Source: an uncultured delta proteobacterium
Lineage (GTDB): Bacteria; Myxococcota_A; Polyangia; Fen-1088
NCBI GenBank assembly: GCA_963796685.1
Contig: CAWCMR010000025.1
Location: 1,856,001 to 1,920,000, forward strand
DNA length: 64,000 bases
Direction of reading: 5' to 3'
The translations under genes were made by a program, and so were the position numbers. Positions within the stretch are counted from its first letter, which is position 1. Each line of letters starts with the position of its first letter. The notes under the pieces are model-generated. The model saw only the letters and a list, made by a program, of their open reading frames with translations, had not been told where the DNA came from and did no database searches. Shown in pieces: positions 36,061-46,983 of this stretch.

Positions 36061-36945
36061 TCACATCGCGCAGGTTCCGGGCGAGTCGGCCATGATGCAG
36101 AGGGCGGTGCACCCGCACACGCGCGCCCCGCGACACGTCGGCCTGGACGACGGACAATCCGAATCACGCCAGCACCTGGCCTGCCCGAGATCCGCCTTCG
36201 CCTTGCACGACCCCTCTTTTGCCGGATCTTGGGCCGTGCACGTGGAGCCCACGCACTCCTCGCCAGTTCCGCAGTCCTCGTCGAGGTAGCAGCAGGCGCT
36301 ACTGGCGCTGGGGAGTGGGCACTGCCTGCCTCCGTCGGCCCCTTGCGTTCCGCCTGTTCCTGTGGAGCCGCCCGTGCCGGTCTCGCCGCCGGTCGCAATC
36401 GTTCCGCCCGTGCTGATCGCACCACCGGTCTCGATCGCGCCCCCGGTCGCGGTCGTGCCGCCCAGGCTGCTCGCTCCGCCGGTTGCCGCTATCCCACCCG
36501 TGCCGATCGTCCCCCCTGTCGCAGGCAACCCGCTGTTTCCGCCTGTGGCGTTTCCGCCGGTTCCCATCCGGCCTCCGGTTCCGCCGACCATCGTGCCGCC
36601 GGTCCCCGGTCCGCCACCCGTTCCCAGGGTGCCCGTGCCACCTGTTCCAATCGTCGTCGTTCCTCCGGTCCCAGCTCGTCCACCTGTACCGCTGTTACCT
36701 CCGGTCCCTGGCACCCCGCCTGTCGCTGTTGCTCCTCCGGTTGCGCTTGCTCCATCAGGGCCGGGCGCACCACCGGTTTGGGTCGGTCGATCCCTGGCCA
36801 CGGCATCCCCTGGGGCTGTCGGTGCTGTCGCCGCGTCATCCTGTGGGCCTCCGAGCCCGCTCTTGTCCGTGCTGCATCGGGTTGAGAGCGCGGAAACCGC
36901 GAGCAAGGCGGCAATCCGACAGATGCCCAGGGTACCTTTGGTCAT
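36061..36945 (-). CDS. secreted/lipoprotein with TGG-repeat linker and Cys-rich C-terminus
   Basis: GGAG RBS, signal peptide with Cys, TGG repeats, C-terminal Cys cluster. Confidence 0.75.
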   Translation of the reverse strand: MTKGTLGICRIAALLAVSALSTRCSTDKSGLGGPQDDAATAPTAPGDAVARDRPTQTGGAPGPDGASATGGATATGGVPGTGGNSGTGGRAGTGGTTTIGTGGTGTLGTGGGPGTGGTMVGGTGGRMGTGGNATGGNSGLPATGGTIGTGGIAATGGASSLGGTTATGGAIETGGAISTGGTIATGGETGTGGSTGTGGTQGADGGRQCPLPSASSACCYLDEDCGTGEECVGSTCTAQDPAKEGSCKAKADLGQARCWRDSDCPSSRPTCRGARVCGCTALCIMADSPGTCAM

Positions 36946-37204
36946 GTCTCCTCCGGTAATGATGAATACACACTCGTAAGGGGATCGAGAACGGCCCAAT
37001 TGGGCAAGGCAACTACCCTCTCCATGGTCGTCGCATGGGTAGCACACTCGCCTTCAGTGACCCCCATGACCGGACATTTCCCACAAAACCCGCTATGAAT
37101 GTTTTGGAGAAGGAACTATTCTCCGCCCGGATCCCCTCTCAGCCCCGCGGGGAGGACGGGTAGGAGGACGGCAGAACCCAATCTTCCAGGAGCACCCCAC
37201 CAAG

Positions 37205-39646
37205 ATGAACCCCTTTGGCCATTTTGACGACAGCAAGCGCGAGTATGTAATCACCAGGCCTGACACGCCGCTGCCATGGCTCAACTACCTCGGGCAGGAC
37301 GAGTTTTTCGGACTCTGCACCAACACGGCGGGGGGATACACCTTCTGGAAGGACGCCAAGCTGCGGCGGCTCACGCGTTACCGCTACAACAATGTCCCAT
37401 ACGACTTGGGTGGCCGCTACATCTATGTGAACGACGGCGGCTCGGTGTGGAACCCGGGCTGGAAGCCGATCAAGGCCACCCTTGACAGCTACGAGTGCCG
37501 CCACGGGCTCGGCTATACGCGCATCATCGGGCAAAAGGACGGCTTGGAAGTCGAAATGCTGTTCTTCGTGCCGCCCGGCGAGAACCTGGAGCTGTGGAAG
37601 GTCACGGTTCGCAACAAGTCGAAGGTGGCCAAGCAGCCCAAGATTTTCACCTTCCAGGAGTTCTGCCTGTTCGATGCGGCCAACGACATGAACAACCTGC
37701 AACGCACCTACTCGATCGGCGAGGTCGAGATCGAGGGCAGCGCGATTTACCACAAGACGGAATACCGCGAGCGTCGCGATCACTACACGTTGTTCGCGTG
37801 CACGCGCCCCGTGGACGGCTTCGACACCAGCCGCGATGCCTTCGTCGGCATTCACGAGGGCCTGCACGATCCCAAGGTTCCGTTCGCCGGCAAGTGCACG
37901 GGCAGCAAGGCCTTCGGCTGGAACCCCATCGGCGCACACCAGATCGACTTGAACCTGGCACCCGGTCAGGAAGAGACCTTCTCGTTCATCCTGGCCTATG
38001 TCGAACAGGGCAGCGAGCCTAAGTACGACAAGGTCTACGTGATGAACAAGAAGGTGGGCAAGGCCATCGTCGCCAAGTACGGCAAGCCCGGCGCCGTCGA
38101 CGCCGCCTTTGCCAAGCTGGGCACGGTGTGGGGCGACCTGCTGTCGAACTTCCAGGCGCGAAGCCCGGATCCGCACGCCAACCGCATGCTCAACGTGTGG
38201 AACCAGTACCAGTGCATGGCCACCTTCAACATGAGTCGGTCGGCCAGCATGTACGAGACCGGCATCGGCCGCGGCATGGGCTTCCGTGACAGCAACCAGG
38301 ATCTGCTCGGCTTCGTGCACATGATCCCGTCGCGCGCCCGCGAGCGCATTCTCGATATCGCCGCGACCCAACTTTCCGACGGAACCTGCTTCCACCAGTA
38401 CCAGCCGCTGACCAAGAAGGGCAACGCAGAGATCGGCGGCGACTTCTACGACGACCACCTGTGGCTCATCCTGTCGACCTGCCAATACATCAAGGAGACC
38501 GGCGACCTCGGCATCCTGCAGGCGCCGTGCAGCTACGCCGACAAACCGGACGCCAAGACGGATCTCTTGCACCACCTGGAAGTCAGCATCGCGTACACGC
38601 TGAAGAAGCGCGGCCCGCACGGGCTGCCGCTGATCGGCCACGCCGACTGGAACGACTGCCTGAATCTGAACTGCTTCTCCACCGAGCCCAACGAGAGCTT
38701 CCAGTGCGCGGGTGACGTGAAGGGCAGCAACGCCGAGAGCGTGATGATCGCCGGCCTGTTCCTGTACGCCAGCCGCGAGATGGCGGCGCTGTACGACTTC
38801 ATGGGCAAGGGCGCGGACGCGAAACGCATGCGCGCCGGTTACGACGACATGCTCAACGTCATCGAGACCCACGCCTGGGACGGCGAATGGTACCGCCGCG
38901 CCTACGCCGCCGACGGCACGCCGGTGGGCAGCAAAGAGAACCCCGAGGGCAAGATCTTCATCGAGAGCCAGGGCTGGTGCGTGCTCGGCGGTGCCGGGCA
39001 GAACAACGGCCGCGCCAAGCAAGCCATGGAGAGCGTACACAAGCACCTCTTCACCAAGAACGGCGTGGTCTTGCAGCAGCCGCCCTATTCCACGTATCAC
39101 GTCGAGCTCGGCGAAGTGACCAGCTATCCGCCGGGCGTGAAGGAAAACGCCGGCATCTTCTGCCACAACAACACGTGGATCAATCTCGGCTGGTGTTTGC
39201 TCGGCGACGGCGACCGCGCCCTCGAGTACTACCTGTCCATCTGCCCGTCGGCCAAGGAAGACCAGATTGAGACCTACCGCAGCGAACCCTACGTCTACGC
39301 GCAGATGATCGCCGGCAAGGACGCCGTGTGCTTCGGCGAGGCCAAGAACAGCTGGCTCACCGGTACTGCGGCCTGGACCTTCGTCAGCGTCGCCGAGGGC
39401 CTGCTCGGCATCAAGGCCGACTACAGGGGCCTGAGCATCAATCCGTGCATTCCCAAGGCCTGGAAGGGCTTCACCGCCACCCGCAAGTTCCGCGGCGTCG
39501 AATACCAGATCGAGGTCAAGAACCCCGGCGGTATCTGCAAAGGCGTGAAGAAGGTCACCGTCGACGGCAAGTCAGTCGCCGGCAACGTGATCCCCTTCGA
39601 GGCCGGCAAGAAGGTGGTCAAGGTAGAGATCACCCTCGAGGCGTAG
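37205..39646 (+). CDS. GH94 glycosyl phosphorylase (cellobiose/chitobiose phosphorylase-like)
   Basis: PDTPLPWLNYLG, GRGMGFRDSNQD, ADWND, ENAGIFCHNN, NSWLTGTA. Confidence 0.95.
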   Translation: MNPFGHFDDSKREYVITRPDTPLPWLNYLGQDEFFGLCTNTAGGYTFWKDAKLRRLTRYRYNNVPYDLGGRYIYVNDGGSVWNPGWKPIKATLDSYECRHGLGYTRIIGQKDGLEVEMLFFVPPGENLELWKVTVRNKSKVAKQPKIFTFQEFCLFDAANDMNNLQRTYSIGEVEIEGSAIYHKTEYRERRDHYTLFACTRPVDGFDTSRDAFVGIHEGLHDPKVPFAGKCTGSKAFGWNPIGAHQIDLNLAPGQEETFSFILAYVEQGSEPKYDKVYVMNKKVGKAIVAKYGKPGAVDAAFAKLGTVWGDLLSNFQARSPDPHANRMLNVWNQYQCMATFNMSRSASMYETGIGRGMGFRDSNQDLLGFVHMIPSRARERILDIAATQLSDGTCFHQYQPLTKKGNAEIGGDFYDDHLWLILSTCQYIKETGDLGILQAPCSYADKPDAKTDLLHHLEVSIAYTLKKRGPHGLPLIGHADWNDCLNLNCFSTEPNESFQCAGDVKGSNAESVMIAGLFLYASREMAALYDFMGKGADAKRMRAGYDDMLNVIETHAWDGEWYRRAYAADGTPVGSKENPEGKIFIESQGWCVLGGAGQNNGRAKQAMESVHKHLFTKNGVVLQQPPYSTYHVELGEVTSYPPGVKENAGIFCHNNTWINLGWCLLGDGDRALEYYLSICPSAKEDQIETYRSEPYVYAQMIAGKDAVCFGEAKNSWLTGTAAWTFVSVAEGLLGIKADYRGLSINPCIPKAWKGFTATRKFRGVEYQIEVKNPGGICKGVKKVTVDGKSVAGNVIPFEAGKKVVKVEITLEA

Positions 39647-39678
39647 GACGCTGGAGGGCGCAGAGGCGCCACTTCCAG

Positions 39679-39735
39679 CCTCGCCCCGCGTCCGCGCGGG
39701 GAGAGGCCGCTGCGCGGAGCGCAGCGGGTGAGGGG
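39679..39735 (-). repeat. REP-like palindromic repeat
   Basis: reverse copy of the 29068 repeat family. Confidence 0.75.
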
Positions 39736-39929
39736 CGACGGTCAGTCGGTGTACTCGTTCCATCGCATCATCTGCAGGAGCCTGGTCGTGACCCTCGCGT
39801 GCACGTTGGGGTAACGTTTGGCCATGAATCGGGCGACTACCTCGGCGTCGTCCGGCAATGTGAACTGCGAGGACGAGCTATGTGCCATGCGAAGCTGCTG
39901 GAGTCCGATCATGTTAGTCTGGATTTTCC

Positions 39930-40640
39930 ATGTTGCTGGACAGCGTTCAGGCGATTCGCTTCGTGGCCGAGCGGCTGGACGCGCTCGCTGAACGGGTGGT
40001 CTTTCTCGGGGGAGCGACCCTCGGCATCTTCATCACCGAGCCCGGCGCGGCCCCTCCGAGGCCGACGAAGGACGTCGATCTCATCGTGGAAATCACGATG
40101 CAGGAATACCTCGACAACAGTTTCCGCTCCCAGTTGCTGAGTCGAGGTTTTCGAGAAGTTACCGACGAACGAGTGATCTGCCGCTGGGAAATAGAAGGCA
40201 CGAAGGTGGACATCATGCCCGCCACGGCCACAATTTTCGGCTTTAGCAATCGCTGGTATCCGACGGCGGTTGCCCAGGCACAACGCTACCAGTTTCCCGA
40301 CGGACCGAGTATTCGACTGATATCCCCGGCTTGCTTTCTGGCGACCAAGCTCGAGGCCTTTGCCAATCGTGGCCAAGGCGATTTCTTCGGCAGTCACGAT
40401 CTCGAAGACGTCATCTCTGTCATTGATGGGCGCCCCACCATAGTCGAGGAGGTCGCGTCGGCGACACCTGAGATCCGGGACTACCTCGGCAGGGAGATCG
40501 CGCGACTCCTGACCAACGAGGCGTTCCTTGAGTCGCTTCCTGGCCAACTACGCGGTGACAGCGCGAGCCAAGCGCGTCTTCCAGGACTGAGAGCCCGGCT
40601 TCACAGGATCGCCCGCATGACTCCTCCGGTAGCGATATAG
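39930..40640 (+). CDS. AbiEii-like nucleotidyltransferase
   Basis: VFLGGA, RPTKDVD, VDIMP, FLATKLEAF..RG, SHDLED. Confidence 0.8.
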   Translation: MLLDSVQAIRFVAERLDALAERVVFLGGATLGIFITEPGAAPPRPTKDVDLIVEITMQEYLDNSFRSQLLSRGFREVTDERVICRWEIEGTKVDIMPATATIFGFSNRWYPTAVAQAQRYQFPDGPSIRLISPACFLATKLEAFANRGQGDFFGSHDLEDVISVIDGRPTIVEEVASATPEIRDYLGREIARLLTNEAFLESLPGQLRGDSASQARLPGLRARLHRIARMTPPVAI

Positions 40641-40671
40641 TTTTGCATTTCGCGAAACGCGAAACTATAAT
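40640..40671 (+). promoter_or_regulatory. sigma70 promoter with palindromic operator; likely leaderless transcript
   Basis: TTGCAT(40643)-17-TATAAT(40666), 6 nt before the ATG; TTTCGCGAAA palindrome in the spacer. Confidence 0.75.
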
Positions 40672-40677
40672 AAATCC

Positions 40678-43600
40678 ATGTCGATGCGGCCACAGGATGT
40701 TGTCGTCGCGGTGAAGCTCGCACTTGTCTCGCCGCAGGCCCGACCAACCTACCCTGAATTGGCTGCTGCGCTCGAGATGAGCCTTTCAGAGGTCCACGGC
40801 GCCGTAAAACGCGCCACAGCCGCTGGTCTCGTCGATGCCAACCGACGGGCGAATCGCGTCGCTCTGCTGGATTTTCTCGTTCAAGGTCTGAAGAGTGCGT
40901 TCGTTCCCGAGCGCGGCCCGCTTACGCGCGGCATGCCCACAGCGCATGGAGCCCCGCCGCTCGACCAACTCGTCGGCCTCGGAGCCGAGCCGCCTCCCGT
41001 GTGGCCGGATCCCGACGGCACGGTACGGGGCGAGTCGTTCGCACCGCTCTACCGTTCGGTTCCGAAGGCGGCCAAGAAAGATCCCAGGCTTTATGGAGCG
41101 CTCTGCCTCGTTGATGCGCTTCGCGGTGGACGGCCGCGCGACCGCGCGCTCGCCGAGGAACACCTTCGTAAGCTGCTTGTCCCTGCAGGCGCGGCTGGGA
41201 CGCCATCCGCAAAACAGTTTTCGCTGGATGATCCCCGCCGAAGACGAATCATCAATGGACTCGCCAAAGTCGGTGGCCCCGAAGATTACTACCGTTCCGC
41301 TCTCGAGATTCTTGCCACGCAGCCGCAGCTTCCGGCGGCAAGTCATCTAGTAGCTCACTTGGCTCGCGAGATCGAAAGCTCGCTCCGGCAGATACTAAAC
41401 GGGATGGATGGGATCGTGTCCGGTAGTGGACATGGGGCCGATCGGTCCTCACAAAGCGAGAAACACCGCGAATCAATCCAGGCTGCGTTGTCCGCGTTCG
41501 GAATACCGATGGATGGCCCGATAGCGCACGCGTGGTTTGCGCTCATCACGAAGAAGAAGAATCAGCGCCCCCTACACGCCCGAGCCCATCGCAACGAGCT
41601 GGCACCGCCACGTCCCATCGATGTGGGCTTTCTTCAGTTTTGGGAGACCTTTGAATTCGAGTTTCTCGATCCAGTTCTGAATGCGTTGGATGAAAGATTC
41701 CTCATCGTCTTTCAGCGGCTGGACGATATGCTGGCAAATCCGGCTCCAACCAAGAAAGACGCACAAAGGCTACGGGGAAGCATCCCCCAAGATCCCATCG
41801 CCCTATCCTACTTCTTCGGCAGGCTGAGCGGACCGGCTTGGATCAAGCCACTTGAGAAGGCCGAATTCTTTGCGAGGCCGCCCGATCCCATCCGACGTCC
41901 AGACAGCGTGGAGTATCCTGGCTGGCCCGCGCTTCACTATCTCTGCCAGATGGCTGCGGTGAACCCCCGCGACGTGGCTCGTATCGCGCTGGCCGTTCCG
42001 AAAACGGAAAATATCTCCGTATGCGCGTCTCTTGCCGGGATCGCCCGGTCGTTGCCCGGAAAGCTGGCGGAGCCTTTCGCTGAGCGGGTCGACGACTGGT
42101 TGGATATCGATGCAAGCCACTCCATGGCGTACCCGCTGGAAGACAATGTCGTCGGTCTCTTCGAGAAGCTCGCGGGTGAAGGCTGCGAACCGGCCGCGCT
42201 TCGCGTGCTTGCCGCTCTGTTGCGTCCCGCTCCATCGCCGGAAGATGAAGATCATGGCCCTTCCCGATGGAATCCGGAAGCTCGACTACCTTACCGGGAT
42301 CTAGATCGAACGATGGAAAGGCTCTTGCCGACCATCCACAAGTTGGGAGAACCCGCCCTTGCCGTACTTGCCGAGTTGCTGGGTCAGACCCTTGCCATGA
42401 TTCATCGGAACGGCAGCGACGCGTGGGTGGACTATTCGTGGAACTGGAGAAAAGTGATCGATGAACATGGGGAGAATCACAACGGCGACCTCCGCGCTCA
42501 TCTTGTGTCCGCGATTCGAGACTCGGCGATCCGGCTGGTTGAATCGAACCCATCACGTCTATCGGACCTCGTTACGTCGTTTGAAAAGCGACGCTGGGTG
42601 TTCTTCCGCCGTCTTGTGCTTTTTCTCCTGCAGCGGTTCCAGACTGTTGCTCCCGATGTTGCGATCCCACGGATTCTCAACCGATCGTATTTCGACCTGT
42701 CGGGGCCCGAGTACGCGCGGCTGCTGCGGGCTTGCTTCAAGACACTCAGCGAGGAACAGCAAGGAACCATCCTTTCCTGGATTCGACGGCGGCCCCAAGT
42801 TGCCGGATGCTCCAGACGCCTATGCCGATACCTGGAGACTGGAATGGCTTGCCACCATCGCAGAGCTCTTGCCCAAGGACTGGCGGCAAAGATACGAGTC
42901 GCTCAAGGCCAAGTATCCGGATGTGCCCGCCGCGGACGCCGAGCCTTCCATTCCCCGGCTCTTCGTCGGGCCGACTTCTCCATTCCGAGACGAAGAGCTT
43001 CGCCCAGATGCCGCCCACCCAGGTGGTCGACACCATCGCGTCGTGGAAGCCACCTTCCGAATTCGGCAGTCCGGAGCCGGAGGGGCTGTCACGTACCCTC
43101 GAGAGGGTGGTAGGGCAGAAACCCGAGAGCTACGCGGCGGCTGCCGAGGATCTCAAGCGTCTTCAGCCAATCTACATCCCCGGCGCTCTCCGCGGTTTCG
43201 GGGCGGCTGTCAAGGCCGGACGGCCTTTCGATTGGAAGCCGGTCGTCGTTCTTTGCGCTTGGGCCACGTCCCACCCACGCAAGCTCTCTAACCCGAAGGG
43301 ACCCCCTTTCGATGACGATGCCCACTGGGGCAATGCGCGCTTCGCCGCCCTTTGGCTTCTGTCGGACGCCATGAATTCAGATGGAGTGCCGATCCCGATC
43401 GAGATTCACAACGTCGTCTGGGCCGCGATCGCACCAACGCTCGACGATCCGAACGGTGTGGAGGCAGAAGGCGAGTCAAACGACACGATGTCCCTCGCAC
43501 TCAACCGCGTGCGAGCGGTGGCGGTTCGCGCAGCCATAGACTATGCCCGTTGGCTTGCTGGAAAGAGTGCCTCAAAGGGTCTCCCCGACGAGGTTCGCCA

Positions 43601-44483
43601 AGCGCTGGAGGCGAAGGTCAGGGAACGCTCCACTTCGGTTCGCGCTGCTCTCGTAGATCGGATACATGCACTCGCGTACCTGGACGATGCTTGGTGCGAA
43701 TCGTATGTCAGGCAGCTGTTCCAGCCCGACGAGCAAGGGCGTGACATCGCGTGGGAGACCTATTTGAAATACGAGAGGCTCCTCACTCTGGACGTCTTCC
43801 ACATGCTGCGTTGGCGCTACCTTATCGCGATCGACGAACTGAGAAGCGACGCCAGCCTCGACAAACGCGGTCAGGAATTGGCTGAGGCCATCGGGAACCA
43901 TCTTGCACGTCTCTATTGGCACGGCCAGATCGCCTTCAATGAGCGGGACAAGCTGCTCGACAAGTTTCTTTCCAATGCCCCCGCCTCCGTGACCGGGAAG
44001 TTCATCAAAGACATCGGCCGGTGGCTCCACACCGATGGTCCGCCAAAAGCGGATGTCCTCGTTCGTCTGAAGGCCCTTTGGGCCAGACGCTTCACAATCG
44101 GGCGCCCAGAAGAATTGGCAACATTCAGCTGGTGGTTCTCGTCCGGGTGTTTCGACGAAAGTTGGTCCATCGACAACTTCCTCGCCGCCCTCCGGACCCT
44201 CGACACTCCCGCCGCCGGCTTCTTTCCACCGAAGTTCGCTCCGAAGGACGTCGAGCGACTAGCGGAGCTCGCGCCACGGCACCTCGCCAAGGTTGTCTCG
44301 TGCTTGGATCTGATCGTGAAAGCCCATCAAAACCAAGGTGCCATCTTCAGTCTTCGCATTCCCGCGAGAACCATCCTCGCTGCCGCACGGACCTCCGACG
44401 ACAACGAGGTGAGGAAAGTTGCGGAGACGACCATCAACCGCCTGGCCAGGAAGGGCTATCTTGAATTCAGGGATCTCTTGTGA
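40678..44483 (+). CDS. AbiEi-like HTH protein fused to an approx. 1100-aa helical domain (two frameshifts, near 42783 and 43000)
   Basis: N-terminus MRPQDVVVAVKL...LA..L.MS.SEVH...RGMPTAH...LVDALRGGR.R; coding continues across three overlapping ORFs. Confidence 0.7.
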
Positions 44484-44513
44484 GCATCGCCCCGAGGACG
44501 CGATCAGGATTCG

Positions 44514-45470
44514 CTAGTTCCCGAATTCGACCTTGGTCAGGCACAGCTTGTCGACGGTGGCGGCCGTCGCGGTCGAGGTCACCTGCACGCTCACCTTGTC
44601 GATGTTGGGCACATCGGCGTCGGTCAGGTCGTCGCCGCTGCTGTCCCAGCACTTGTTGTTGAAGCTCGTGAGGGGAATGGCGGTGCCTGAGGTCAAGGGG
44701 GCACAGTAGCTCGTGCCATCGCCGTCACCGCTCCGGTGGAGCAGGGCGCGCAGGCCGGTCGACGGACTACCGGTCACGGTGAAGGTGATGGTCTTGTACC
44801 CGTGGTCGCCCATTGCCGCGTTGGGATCCTTGGCATTCACGCCGATCTGGACGCCCCAGTTGCTGGAGTATTCTGAATCCGTCGGCGTGTCGGACAAGGC
44901 CGGAACCGTGCCCGACATGCAAAGGGCATCGGACTGGTTCCAGTTCGTGGCGGTCAGGCAGGCCGCGTCGCTGGTGATGGCGGCCTTGCTGGTGTCGCAG
45001 GTCGGGTCGGTGATGGTGTCGGCGGAGCCGAGCGCAACCCAGCCCCAGCCGGTCATCGCCCCGGCGGCCTGGCCGTTGCAGAACGCGACGGCGTTGTCGG
45101 CGGGGGAGACGCCGCACGTGTTGCTTCCGCTCCCACCGGCCCCGGCATTGCTTGACGAACCGCCTGTGGAGCTGCCGCCGTTGCCCTGCGAGCCGCCCGA
45201 ATCGCCGTTGCCCCCGGTGTCCTGGTTGCCACCGGAGGAAGAGTCGCCACCCGATCCGGAAACTCCGCCGGAGCTGGGGTCGCCGCCGGAACCATCGTTG
45301 CCGCCTGTCTCGTTCGAGCCGCTCTGTCCGCCGGAGGCGTTGTCGCCACCGCTGCCGCCGTTGCCGTTGCTTCCGCCCGAGGGCTCGTTGCCCGGCGTAC
45401 TCCTCGGAGCCGGGCTACATGCGAACACGAGCAACATCGAAGCAAACAAGGATAGGGCGGACCATTTCAT
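44514..45470 (-). CDS. lipoprotein with Gly/Ser linker and putative carbohydrate-binding domain
   Basis: VFAC lipobox, SGG repeats, Cys/Trp-containing beta-rich C-terminus. Confidence 0.75.
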   Translation of the reverse strand: MKWSALSLFASMLLVFACSPAPRSTPGNEPSGGSNGNGGSGGDNASGGQSGSNETGGNDGSGGDPSSGGVSGSGGDSSSGGNQDTGGNGDSGGSQGNGGSSTGGSSSNAGAGGSGSNTCGVSPADNAVAFCNGQAAGAMTGWGWVALGSADTITDPTCDTSKAAITSDAACLTATNWNQSDALCMSGTVPALSDTPTDSEYSSNWGVQIGVNAKDPNAAMGDHGYKTITFTVTGSPSTGLRALLHRSGDGDGTSYCAPLTSGTAIPLTSFNNKCWDSSGDDLTDADVPNIDKVSVQVTSTATAATVDKLCLTKVEFGN

Positions 45471-45560
45471 GTGAGAACCTCTGTTGCAGCAAGGCGATAG
45501 CGATTGAATTCGGCGGCATTCCTACCCCAACCGCGCGCCAGGATCTACGGCCTTGGTGCC

Positions 45561-46721
45561 CTAGGGTTTTTCCAGCTGCGCCGCCGGCAGGGCACGATTG
45601 AAGAACTCCACATCGCGCATGCAACCGGCGAAGTAGTATTGCCCATTCTGGCGAGTCGCGAGCGATGTCGTGCCGGTGGTCATGGGACCGAACGTCAGGT
45701 TGGCCGAGTCTTCGAGCACGGCGTTGACATACAGGCTGGCGGTCTGGCCATCGTAGGTCACGGCCACCCAGTACCACTGGTCGGGTGCATGGATAGCCGT
45801 GGCGTCCTCGATCGTCGTCAGGGTGTTGCCCCAGTACAAGACCACGGCGGCATGCCAGTTACCGGAGGCATCGGAGCTCATCTGCATGACCAGGCGCGGG
45901 GTGTTGTTGGCGGAGCCTCCGATATGGAGGAACCGAGGCTGTGAAGCCCCCGCGAGCGCGGGATAGAGAAGCGCTTGGATGGTGAACCTCTGCATGCCCT
46001 GGATGGGGTTGTTGTCGAGCAGCAGTCCGTCCCGGGCGCCGTCGAAGCACACGGCTGTCCCCGCATCCATGGGGGTGACGGTGGGCGATCCCATGACCGT
46101 GGGGGTGAAGCCACCGATGCTGGTGGTGCTGTCGACGACCCAGTTGGTGGTGGGCTGGGGCCCGAGGTCGGGCGGGGGTAAATCGGGCGTAGGCAAGTCC
46201 GGCCCTGGCACATCCGCAAGGAGATCAGGGCCCTCATCTGCCGGCGCCGCATCGGGTTGCGGCAAATCGGAGGGTGCCGTATCGAGGGACGGCACATAGG
46301 GACCGTCCGCCGAGAGAGCACCAGGGCCATCGCTTACCATCGGCGCGTCGCCGGGCGAGGTCTGGGCGTCGAAGGCAGTCGGCGTATCGGCGGATATTCG
46401 GGAGTCGGCGAGAAGCAAGTCCGGGTTTGCTTGCCCACCCTCGGGGGAGCCCCAATCTGGGCCGGCGTCCTGTGCGACCACGGCCGTCGCCTGGTCGATG
46501 CCGCCGTCTGCGATAGCAGGCGGCTCGGACCTCGCTTCCGCAGACTCCGCGTCGAGCTTTGCCGCTGGCGTGGTATCGGGCGCCCGTTGGGGACCATCCG
46601 CGGCGCCATCGCCCAGGTTGCCAAGTCCGCTACCGCTGACGCCGCAGCCGGCGGTCGGCAGGATCAGCGGGACAAGGCAGCCGAGTGCGAGCGCGGGCAG
46701 AAAATACTTCATCTGCGTCAT
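45561..46721 (-). CDS. secreted protein with Asp/Pro/Ala linker and LamG/concanavalin A-like domain
   Basis: FDG..DGL, FTI, WYWVAVTYDG....LYVN, FNRAL. Confidence 0.8.
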   Translation of the reverse strand: MTQMKYFLPALALGCLVPLILPTAGCGVSGSGLGNLGDGAADGPQRAPDTTPAAKLDAESAEARSEPPAIADGGIDQATAVVAQDAGPDWGSPEGGQANPDLLLADSRISADTPTAFDAQTSPGDAPMVSDGPGALSADGPYVPSLDTAPSDLPQPDAAPADEGPDLLADVPGPDLPTPDLPPPDLGPQPTTNWVVDSTTSIGGFTPTVMGSPTVTPMDAGTAVCFDGARDGLLLDNNPIQGMQRFTIQALLYPALAGASQPRFLHIGGSANNTPRLVMQMSSDASGNWHAAVVLYWGNTLTTIEDATAIHAPDQWYWVAVTYDGQTASLYVNAVLEDSANLTFGPMTTGTTSLATRQNGQYYFAGCMRDVEFFNRALPAAQLEKP

Positions 46722-46983
46722 CCGCAGAGAGGATCGCACAGTCGCGCATGCGCGACAAGGCTCGAACCGGCGCCGTAATCCCGCGACAAGCTCAGCGACG
46801 TCGGGAGGCGTCGGGCTAAAGGCCCAAGCCTCTCGCCTGGCAGGGCGACGAAAGGTGGTCGTGACAATAGACGTCACCGTGACCGTGGCCCGCTTGCGCG
46901 GACGGGTCCATGTGCTAGGGCACTGTCATGCCGCCATGCCTTCCATCCATGGATAGGCTGGGGCCGAGAGAGGAGACTCGACC

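Noticed and set aside
36300-36800. Pro/Val-rich ORFs and apparent tandem repeats (also near 29350-29600 and 45130-45380)
   Set aside because: Antisense of Gly/Thr/Ser linkers of lipoproteins; low-complexity coding sequence.
37139-39166. long antisense ORFs (also 8426-10309, 26286-28394, 33844-35673, 53857-55464)
   Set aside because: Shadow ORFs opposite well-supported genes in high-GC DNA.
39741-39911. 56-codon minus-strand ORF upstream of the NTase
   Set aside because: No recognisable motif or RBS; cannot be supported.
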